NCBI GenBank assembly: GCA_036172245.1
Contig: JAYWIR010000024.1
Location: 1,426,001 to 1,490,000 of the forward strand
Reading direction: 5' to 3'
Source: Raillietiella orientalis
Lineage: Eukaryota
DNA length: 64,000 nucleotides
Shown here: positions 23,770-34,079 of the stretch, one piece after another
How the letters are laid out: the number at the start of each line of letters is the position of its first letter
Numbering within the stretch: the first letter of the stretch is position 1
Position numbers and translations under genes: made by a program
The notes under the pieces: model-generated
What the model was told of the DNA's origin: nothing
What the model saw: only the letters and a program-made list of their open reading frames with translations
Database searches by the model: none

Positions 23770-26015
23770 GATGATTATCACCCGGTCGTGCCGAGGCATT
23801 TATTACGTTAGGTAATGAAGATGCATTGGTGTGTGGTCGAACCGTTGGTCCTACCACGTGCAACGAACCTGCAGAACGAAGGCCGGTGCGCAGACCGACG
23901 AGGTCCGCTTCCGAAGCGTGGGGAAAGGGAAAGCAGAAACAAAAAAAATAAACAAACAAAAACAGGGGAGGGGAAAGTTGTACACGGGACCGAGAAAGGG
24001 GTACGCTTCCAGGCGTCCTCCGCATCCCGTCCTGGATGCTGGCCAGTTCCGTCCGTGTCTCGCCCAAGCGGGGCCATCTCGAGGTGGTCTTCAGGAAGAT
24101 CCGAGTTCAGTGGATGGCGTCCTTGGTAGTTGGGCCTCTTCTTCTGGCGTTGCAGGCCGCCGTGATCGCGCGAATGCAGCAGAGAACTGCGAGGGACGCG
24201 TCTGGAAGCAGTGCAGCACGCACCGAGTCTGAAAATGTCCCTGGGGTTGCCCGCCGGGATACTTAGGGTAGTCGCGAGGCGATCTCAAAGGGGTCGAGGG
24301 CAGCAGGCAGAAGAGTCCACCAGCAGGTGCGGGAGGGTCTCCTTCTTCCCGCACCTGCCGCACTCTGAGCATCCACGTGCCCAGTGGTGAAGGCGCACTT
24401 TGCACGGGATTCCCCCATGCGAGACCAGCAACGCCAACTCCGCCACTTGAGGGGGAGGGCGGGCGTCACGGCTCCAGCACGCTGGGGGCCACTTCGCCTC
24501 CTCCGGAGGGATGCCGAGCACCTCTCCCTAGCGTGCAATTCCGTGGGGTGGGACACTCGGAGTCGCAGCGCCCGTCACCTCCCGAGTCGTCCACGCTCTC
24601 CCAGAAGTTTCTTCTTTGCTGCTGTGCAACAAGTCACTCACTTCCCACCTTGCCAGGATTACGCTGTCCCTTGCATCAATTAGGGAGGGCAGCACTGGGA
24701 CGAAGGAGGTAGACGAGGGCCACCGCATCTTGTGTGGGTCGCGGGCGATCTCCCCCAGCGACTTGCGAGCGTCGATGCCTCGTTGCAGGCAGGCACACCC
24801 CGCCTCGCTCGCGCGCCGTCGATCTTTCCCCAGGCGAAGACCCACTCCTGGAGCCAGGCAGCGCAGTTCGCGGGGAGGCAGAAGATCCGGGGGTGTTCTC
24901 CTCCACCAGGACAATCACCTGGCGGAGTGGGAGACATCCACAGCGCCTGAGCAATCTCTCGCGAGTCGCGAAGAGGGATGCGAGTCGGTCCCTCGCAGCC
25001 GATCGCAGCTCTTCGCGAGAAGCCGCGCTGATGCGCGGTCCATAATCTCGCCTCGAGGGCGAGTCTTCCGAATGGGAGCTGAACGCTCCATCTTCTCCAT
25101 CGTAAGGAGGCCCGGTCCACCATCCTTACGCGGAGCACACGAGTCTTTGAGTCGGACCCCCGCAGGGCTTTTCTCAGGAGGTCCTCGGTCCTTCCCTTGA
25201 TGTCGGGAGGTGAAGGGCAAACAAAAAGCCTAGGATGGTCTGGGATGATGGGAATCCTTTTTGGTGGTTCTTCTGCTTTCGCTGCTTTCCTTCCAGCTTT
25301 TTTCTGTTTGGTTGTCAAGGACTGCTGAAGAGCCATTCGCCTCCTTAGGGGAGATTCATCACCGAGATCCCTAACCACAATCCACGCCATCCGAGGGTGC
25401 GTTTCACTCTTCAGGTTAGGGGTGGACCCCGTGGAGACCAACCTATATAAATCCAGGGAGGTTCCTTCAGGAAGGAGTGCGTTCCTCCCTTAATCTTGGG
25501 GAGGGGGGGGGGAAGAACCCTCGCTCTGGTTGCCTCCGAAGGGAACCTCCTTCCTTATTCCCCTCGGAAGGGTCTCCCAGAGGAAACCTCCTCTCTTTTC
25601 TTGTTCGGAGGAAACCCTAAAAGATCCCTCTGTCCCTTTCTGAAGAGAACCCCGAAGAGATGCTTCCCAATTTCCCTGAATGGTCGCTCCCGAAGGGAGC
25701 AGCGCGCTTCTTGACTCTCTGGTAAGGCATCAACCAGGTCCATGGAACGCGATCGAGGGTCCCCACCAACTTCCTGAGGGGAGAGGGGACCATTTTCACA
25801 ATCGGAGGGGATCCCCAAAGGGTTCCTTGTTTCCTGGAAGGGTCCCCGATGGTCAACTTTCAAATCCAAGGCAGTCGACGAACTGGCGTCATCTCGCGTG
25901 GATCTCAAGCTGATCTTCATCGTCATTCTGCGACCCTTTCCCCGGGTGGGACTCGAACCCGCGGCGCCCGGTGCAATGGGTGGAGACCGCAGCCACGCAG
26001 CCGCTAACGCGGGCT
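23770..26015 (-). mobile_element. Bipartite element: tRNA-like head (H4) fused to LINE RT-thumb/zinc-finger 3' end and tail
   Basis: Head at 26015-25240. ORF 25441-24680 runs from head-encoded HPRMAW...KRIPII into EDLLRKAL (homologous to 14420-14560), then ELALLVSHGGIPCKVRLHHW...CSECGRCGKKETLPHLLVD and the AATAAA plus terminal hairpin at about 23780-23805. Confidence 0.75.
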
Positions 26016-26549
26016 GCGTGGCTGAGTTGGCGTTTGTCCGAAACCTTTGAGGTTTAGGCGATATCCTTCGCTGGTTATCCGTCCTTATTTCTTAGAGATG
26101 GAAGGCAGTTTCCGGTTATCACAGTCTCTGCGTATCTACTCTCAGTAATTAAAACGCCCACATCCTCCTCCTCCCGAAGATCACAAGCCGCCCATCCAGC
26201 ATGCCATGAGCCAATATTGACTCCTCTGCGTATGAAGTGTGTATGGATACACTTATGACAGCATAACCCTTTCCCATTAGCAGCGAAGCAGGAAAAACAC
26301 ACGACAGGTACACGTGCACGTGTGTTCAACAATGTTGCAATGAGAACACGTTGCTTCCAGACATTCCACATCGATCACCATCCGCTCCATGTATGTCCAT
26401 GAATCTCGGTGTGGACTTCGACTACTATGACACTTCAAGCTGTGGAGTCTCTACGTTTGTACATACGGTCTTCCGATCTTTGTTTTTTTTTCCTTTGGTT
26501 GGTGTAGGTTCATTTTGTAAGAGATCCGGGATTGATTGGCCTACTAAAG

Positions 26550-26800
26550 GGTTGCCACTCGGTCACGCCGGGGCGTTTATTTAGAAACTTTCTGTATATT
26601 TGTGGTACAAGACCTCACTGTGGCCAATACAACATCCGACCTGCGGGTATGCCGGTAACGCCGACCGACTTGACTCTCCTCGGCAGCGGAGGGGGATGAG
26701 GGAAAAAACAAAAAGAAAAATGAAACAAAAATTAAATAGAAATGCTGAGGGGTACTGAGGGGAGGGGAAACGAAGGGATGATGCTAGACGCAGTATTCTT
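26550..26800 (-). mobile_element. LINE 3' tail only
   Basis: Reverse complement CCGCTGCCGAGG...TCGGT-CGGCGTT-ACCGG...AATAAACGCCCCGGCGTGACCGAG. A similar tail lies at about 2495-2530 (minus). Confidence 0.7.
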
Positions 26801-27154
26801 TGTGGATCGCCGGTGCACGGGATACATCTGTAGCTTTTTAAAGCTCCTGTGGAATATCTTTCTTATGGCTCAGTAATTCTTGCAGAGGTTATATAGTGAA
26901 TATGGTTGCTTGGAGAAATACAGGTGTGGGATTATAAGGATTTGTTCGGGTACGGGTTCGAGTGGTGGGGAGCGTGATGAGGGATTTGATGTGTTCCCGA
27001 CAGGTGGATTATAAGGTATTTGTAGCTCGTTCTTCCGCTCGTGGCTCGGAATGCCGTTTTTTGAACTGCTTCGCGCCGGTCTTGCGTAGATTCAAACGAG
27101 GACACGGGTTCAGAAGTCTTGGAATAGGCACAGCCGACCACACCAAGCCTCGGA

Positions 27155-28510
27155 AGTCGTGTGGCTGCAGCCTCCGCACCTGGCACCGATGCATATGAGT
27201 TCGAATCCCCCACATGCGGGATCGACCCCGACAAAATGAGTGAGTTACCTTCGAGATTCTCTCGCAAGATGACGCCAGTTGGTCTGCACTCGGGTGCAGC
27301 GCTGGCAAAAGCCAGAAATCCCCAGATGACCCTGTCGACTGGCCGGGATTGGAAGTCGACTTTCCGGGGTCCTTCCAGGAATCAAGGAGCACCGGTTCCC
27401 TCCGGGGTTCCTCCTCCGGTTGTGACAATGGGACTGCTCTCCCCTTCTCGGAGGAGAACCCTCCATCGCATATCACGGAGCTGATTGATTGATAATACCT
27501 CTCCAGAGTGCTGCGCTGCTTCCATCTAGGGGCGCCCTTCAGGGAAATCGGGAAGCGTTCCTTCGGGATCCTCTTCAGAGGAGGAAACAACGAGCGGATC
27601 CATTACGGGGGTCTCTCCAGAGAAGAAGTTCAGGAGCGGATCCTTTCGGGGTTCCCTTAGGAAAAAAAACAAGTGGACTCTCCCTGGAAGTCCCTCTGGA
27701 AACAACAAGGAAGAGGTTCCCTTCGGGACTCCCTCCCAATCGAAAGAGAAACAGACTCATCAGGAATGTAGGAAGTGCTTCCTCCGAAGCACTTCCTGAA
27801 TTCCTAGAGTGGTCCCTCTGGGCTAATCGCTATCTTGAACAGTTGCAATAGCCCTTGGGTGGGGTGGACAGTGTCAAAGAGCTCTGTGAGCCTCCCCTAA
27901 GAAGGCAAACAGTTCTTGAGCACTTTGCGAACCCCTTCTTCTTCCTCTCCCTTTCCCCAAAAAAAGAGAACCCGAAAAGAAAAAAAGCTGGAAGAAAACA
28001 AGGGAAAACAGAACGACCCGAAAGGATTCCCATCATCATCGAACAGTTGTGTCGCACTGCAGCCAGCCACGTCCCCCGCATTTCCCTCCTCCTTTCTTCG
28101 CGGGATCACGGCGGCCGGGAACGCCAGAAGAGACCGAAATGGCAGGGATGCCATCTACTGGGCGCGGATCTTCCTGAAGAGCGCCTCGAGATGGTCCCAC
28201 CTGGGCGAGACACGGAGGGAACTTGCCAGCATCCTAATAGGATGCGGAGGACGCCTGGCAGCATACCGTAATCCCTTCCTCGGCCCTCTCCCTCCCCTCT
28301 CCGTTTAACCCCCCCTCCCTCTGTTTATTTTGTGTTTATTTTTTTTTGTTTTTGTTTCACCTTCCCTCACGCCGCCGAAGCGAACCACGCCGGTCTGCGC
28401 ACCGCTCTTCGGCAGGTTCCAAGCACGTGGTAGAACCAATGGCTCCACCACACCAATGTACTTTTATTGCCTTATGTAATGAATGCCCCGGAATAATCGG
28501 ACGATAATCA
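27155..28510 (+). mobile_element. Bipartite element: tRNA-like head (H5) fused to the extreme 3' end of the LINE
   Basis: Head with GAGTTCGAATCCCC (about 27197), monomers, then ...ERPERIPII (about 28035) followed immediately by RDAIYWARIFLKSASRWSHLGETRRELASIL and the CGGT-CTGCGC-ACCG hairpin (28391-28404). Confidence 0.75.
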
Positions 28511-28639
28511 TGGAACAGTCTGCTCGTAGGGAGTGGACTCACGGCAAGCCCACAACCAGACACTGTGGACAACACATATGATCACGACGGACATTTCGCT
28601 AACCTGACCTGAGGTCGCGAGAACCCGCGCAGAAAGACG

Positions 28640-29290
28640 AATGCTGAGGGTGACTTGGAATCGTTGGAAAAAAGGTGGAACCCAGGAAGTGCTCAGGACT
28701 CCTTCCCTAGTTGGCGTCGGGCAGCGGGGTCTGCCAATCGGTGAAGCTGCGATCGAGCAAGGATTTGAGCACGGTCACGCACAGGAGGGAAATGCTCGCT
28801 TGACCGCAGTGCCCAAGGGGCGCCTCCCTACCTGCGGGATAGTGGGGGCGCTCCCGCGAGTACTGTCGGGATGCGAGAGTCTGCGCCTCCTCGTTGACGA
28901 TGCTTTGTCACGTGAGAGCAATAGGATCTTCAGGAGGGACGCGGCCGAAGTCCCGGAGATCCAATGACAGCCGCCATCGCGTACATGCGAGGGAGGGGCA
29001 CGAAATGGCCCAATCTGGGAAGTGGGGCGCGAGGGAACCTAGGAACTCTTGTGGGAAGAGTGACCCCAAGCCGGCGAAAACACCCCATTCTGTCCCTTCC
29101 CTGCCCTAGACAGAGCATCGGTAGTCAAATGGGATACCATGAGGCCGGTCCATCCCATTCCTTATTTATTTATTTTTGTCCCTTCCTCCTCCCATTTCTG
29201 CCTCCTGTAAGGGCAGACCTTTGGGGTTCGGATTAACGCACGTTGGTCTCCAGCTGTTTTGTTTTGAGTTATTGTAAATAAAAGCCTCTG
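28640..29290 (+). mobile_element. Third, more distant LINE 3' fragment (subfamily C)
   Basis: LVGVGQRGLPIGE and AAIAYMRGRGTKWPNLGSGARGNLGTL parallel the B-type DAI..RFLR...RW.HLG..R.EL; T-rich UTR and AATAAA at about 29277. Confidence 0.5.
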
Positions 29291-30734
29291 CTATCGGGGA
29301 TGAGAAGGTCATGCCGAAGTCTCAATTTCTATAAAAAAAAAAAAAAAAATTTGGGAAGCCAGTCTCCAGAAAATAGCAAAAAGATATCCAGAGGGAAGGT
29401 GTAGCGGCTGTCCGGGACCACTTCATCCAGTCGTGCCGGACACCTCCGGGCGGGATGCAGAGGAGACTTCTCAAGGGACTAAGTTATTCCGAACGAAATT
29501 CCAGGGTGGCAATCCGGATCGCGACCGCCTCCTTTCGACAGGCTTTTCAGTTCATGGAGCGGTGGGCATTCCAGGGTAAGGTCGGTTGCCTCAAGGGGCA
29601 GCCGAATGCCTACCCATCCTGCGCCGTCTGAGAGGCGGCAACGACAAACTTCCTCTGCTGCCGGCGCTGAGCCGAACGGTGAGGCAGTCACAGCAGGGAT
29701 GGTCCTTGTTTTGGCATAGGGTGAAGCCGGAACTGCACCTGCAGTCCGATCTTTTCCAGAGTCTCAGGATACCCCAAGTCTGCATCCTGACAGGAAGCCA
29801 CCACGTCTTTCAGGCGGATCTGGCTGGACCTTTGCAAAGCTCATGGAACTTCACTCAGGAGACTCTTCGCATGAAAGGAGAGTGGGATATCAAAAAACAG
29901 GGGGCAACGAAAGAGGTCCGAATGGTGGTCCGTCCTGGCAGGACCCGAACTTGCCATGGAGGACGGTGGCACAGTCTCCGATTCACAGGAGCAAACGAGG
30001 GAGGAGAAATGGGGACTCATCTGATTCGCAGCCCGGCTTGGGGGCGTCTGGAGTCTGCAGCTTCTTTCGAAAGCCGAAGGCACCAAACGGGAAGTGAGCG
30101 AGTTCCCGCGCAAAGACGCAAAAGGTCCGAGGGAGCATGAGGTTTCGCGAACGCTGGATCAGCTTCGCATCATCCAGCTTCCGCGCGAAATTCCCTCAAA
30201 GCTCTGCGGCCGAGCGATGTTTCTCGCGAACTCTGTGATGCTTGGCAAACCACTAATCAGGTCCCGCGATAGGAGGCTGCACTCATATGTGCGTGTGTGT
30301 TTTTTTTTTTTCATGTGTGAAGCTGGTTAATGAGTTCGCAGTGGTCATACGGACACAAATACCACTCCGCCACAGATCCAGTGATCCACGGCCATGAGAA
30401 ACTCCACAGCTGCACGGATCTGCGTCCACCAGCATCGCTCTTCTCCCTGCATGCGATTCTCACGCAGGCCGTTGGCGCAACGAGCAGCGGATAAAAGGCG
30501 AGGTGGACAAGCCTTCTCCTGAGCAAGAACCCGAAGAGGGGCGACGTGGTCAGCAGCGTGCGCAGTTTTCTCTCCTGCACTCTGAAATGCTGCTGCCTGC
30601 CTGGATACAAAAGCCCTCACCCCCTGCAGCCTTCTCTGGAAACCTTCAGTCCCTTCCACTGAAAGGGTCACCCCTCCTCTACTGACTTTCATTTTAAGAA
30701 GCTAGTAGCAAACTCACGGGAAGATGGTCACTAT

Positions 30735-32450
30735 TGGCCAAGGATGACGGAGACCCTGTCTGGGATCTACTGTTTTCGCTGCTCTCCTTCCAGCTTTTTT
30801 CTTTTTCTTTTTGGTTGTCAAGGAGTGCTGAAGAACCGTTTGCCTCCTAGGGGGGAAGACTCACGGAGCTTCTTAAACACCGCCTTTGCCATCCATGGGT
30901 GCATGTCACTCTTCAAGTTAGGGTTAACTCCCTAGGGATCACCCTATGAATCCAGGAAGGCTCCGGAAGGAAGAAGTCCGTTCCTCTCTTCATCTTGGGA
31001 GGGAACCTTAGCCCTGGTTATCTCCGAAGAGAACTCCGAAGGGAATCACCTCTTCCTTGTTCTCTCGGAGGAATCCTCGGTTTGTGGGGCCATTAATTGT
31101 TCCTTCTCCGGAGGAACTCCCCGGAAAGGATCCGCTCCTCCGAAGGGACGCTTCCTAATTTCTCTCAAGGGTCGCTGCTCAAAGGGAGCTGCGTGCTTCT
31201 TACACTCTAGACAGGGACCCCCGGATGTGTGTCAACGAGTTCTATGGTACGCGATGTAGGGTGCCCCTGAGGGAGGGGGGAAGAAGGCTCCATTTTCACA
31301 ACCCAAAGAATGACAGTTGCCTACAGGCGGGGTGGAAGGTCTCTTGCACGATCGCAAGAGAGACCAGACCCGTGGGCGCCTGGAAGACGAGCGAGCTGTC
31401 AGACACCGCCAATCCTCATGACCCGACGAAGGGACTCCTTCGGTGGAGCGAGCTGTTGTGCTCTCTGAAGAACTTGTGACCCCTCTCACGCGTGTGAACA
31501 CTTCTGCGTTCCCCCTTCGTTGGAAGCAGGAAGTGCTTCTGCTGTTGCTTTGGGGTTCCCATTGCAATCAGCGCGCGCACCTCGTTTCCGGAGGAATTGC
31601 TTCCCGAACTGCAGGAGGTGCGGAGCAATGGAATCGCTCCCGCACCTGCTCTTCGACTGCAGTGCCCTCCAAGGCCTGTGGCGGCCTCCAAGGACGGTGA
31701 CTTCAGCGCTCCTGCACCAGGGAGATACCGCAATAGACTTCATGTGCCGCTCCTTCACTCGCGGAGGCCTCTCGTGAGGTGCTGTCATCGCAACGATCCG
31801 TTGCATCCGCACCATCATCATGGCCCGCCGCCTGCTGGAATCGCGAGCGATACCAAGAGGTCACAGGGATTGTTGACGTCAACATGAGGACGGCGGCTGC
31901 CAGGTGGCCTCACCTGAAAGTGAGGAAGATCTCCGGCATGCAACGCCGGTTCTGAAAGGATGGAACGATCAAAGCCAAACATGCCTGTCCCTACCCCCTC
32001 CATATCTTTTTTTGTATTTTTTATATATCTATTTGTGGTCCCCTCCCTCCCGTTCCAGACTTTCGGTGTGCCCGACCTGCGCGTCGGGCAGCCCTCCCCA
32101 TCGAACTTCTTTTCCTTTGTCTGGGAACCGAGTTACCAAACAAATGGTTCGTTCTTTTGTAGAATAAATGTCCCGGCGCAACCGGGTGGAAAACAACCGA
32201 AGGGGAACCCGAAGGGAACCGATGCTCCCTGATCCCTGGAAGGACCCTAGATGGTCAACTTCCAATTCCGGCCAGCCGACGGGAGCATCCGGCTTCTACC
32301 AGTACCCCATCGACGCCTACAGGCCAACAGGGTCATCCTGCGGGAGGAACTCGAAACCCAAACGACGCACCCTTCATCTCGGCGTCCACCCTCCACGTGG
32401 GGATTCGAACCCGCAACGCTCGGTGCCACGTGGCTGCCAACGCGAGCGGC
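30735..32450 (-). mobile_element. tRNA-headed repeat H6, split by a LINE insertion (parts 32450-32193 and 31303-30735)
   Basis: The two parts rejoin to the family sequence CCATTTTCACAACCGAAGGGGAACCC (plus-strand view). B-box at about 32400-32411. Confidence 0.8.
31304..32192 (+). mobile_element. 5'-truncated L1/Tx1-like LINE, subfamily A, with 6-bp target-site duplication
   Basis: FPNCRRCGAMESLPHLLFDC zinc finger, 3' hairpins, AATAAA at 32163-32168. Flanked by ACAACC at 31298-31303 and 32193-32198. Confidence 0.85.
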
Positions 32451-34079
32451 GTCTTTATGGATTAATTTTTATATGGTCAGAGGATTCCACATTTTCGGGA
32501 GTTGGACAAATGGGGCTCCTCTCATTAGCGCGACTGTCCACTTGGATGATCCACTCGGATGCGCACTGAGGACTCCAACTCGGCTATCCAAGCAAACTTT
32601 GAAGAGTGGATCTCGCCGACCCTTTTCAGGGAGTTTCGTTTTGTCTCCTCCCGACCGCCTGAGTCCTCCGCTCAGGCAGCTCTTCTAGTAGGCTGCATAT
32701 TGAGAGGTTGCGACACTCCCAATGCGTGGACGAATCATTGAAAAACGAAAAAAAAAAGTGGAAGCGCTTCACGACCATTCTGTTGTCCCTGACCCTGCCG
32801 TGCTCTCTGAACTTCCGGCTGTGCTCCCTGGAGAACCTGTGGTCCCTCCTTCGTGTCTGAACACTTTAGTGTTCACCTTGAGGTGCAAACAGGACGGGCT
32901 GCTGTTTCTCCACTGGAGTTTCCAGTGAGATCAGCGTCGGCATTTCGTCCGTGCACCATCCGCCTGACCCGAGAGGCTAGTTTGTTCCGTACGGTGGGCA
33001 ACGAGCGTCAGCGGCCTCGGAATCTTCACCCGATAACAGAAGGGGTCGCAAAGACTGCAAAATCAAGACCGAAGGAAGACTTTCCTATAGCCGGACGAAT
33101 GTGGCTGGAGCAGCTGAGGGCGAAAAAGACCAGCGGGCGGACCGTCTGATAACGCAACCCGGCTCAAGAATCGCAGATCGATAAGACAAAAGTGCGGACC
33201 GCGTGGAGTCCGACGGAGAGATGAAAACGAAAGAAGGCTGAAGAAGGGAACCCCAGAATCAGGAGAGAGAACACTCCAGTCTTCCGAGTGGACGTTGTCT
33301 CCTTCCTGTCCACTGCCAGAGGTCCACTTCCTGTGCAGAGTTCCCAATGCCCAAGCAGGAAAATGAACGAGCGGAGGAGCATACTTTCGCTACGTTCTCT
33401 TTTGATAATGGCAACCCTGCCGTTTCAAAGAAGAAAATACTCCTCCGCTGCCGAAGGAACTCTTCAAGGGACGTTCGTTGGGGGTTCTGCCTGACACGAC
33501 CAAGCATGGGGACTCGGAGACCCCTTCGGTGGACCACGTCATCTTAGAGTCCTCTTCGGTCCTCCCTCGCTCGAACCGTTCGCGGTCTCCTCGAGGTGGG
33601 GGCGAGTAGCCGAGCTCCTTCTTGGCACTGGGTCATCGCTTGAAATGCCTCTCGGCATTCTCGCCACTCGGTCACGTCTGGGGGTCATTCTCGTTCCTTT
33701 CGAATACACTCAGATGCACGTCAGTCTTCCCAAGAAACAAAACACCCACCCACTCCAGAGAAACCCTATTTTCTCATCCCTTCGACTCCTTGCAGGACTC
33801 AACCCCTCACATGCTTTCGGACCGCCGTATCCCTCAGGAAGAGGCCGCCTTCAGAGACGCTGCACTAGGAGGGGACACCACCGAGGATCAGTCGCAGCAA
33901 CCCTTGGCGCGCTGCAGACTCTTGGAGAGATCTGCTGCCTCCTCCCTGTCGTCCCAGAGCGTCAAGCGGCGAGAGAGCTAAGGACTCCCCAAAACCATCT
34001 GTGATTTCTTCCCAAACTCTAATTCCGCCACCCAGCTCAAGCCATTCGTTTGCTCCTTTTTATTTCTTCTCCTCACAGT

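Noticed and set aside
29480..29800. RT domain-0 relic (LTLEC...ELKSLSKGGGRDPD); similar weak hints at 2700-3000 and 10900-11600
   Set aside because: The resemblance is too weak to report without a profile search.
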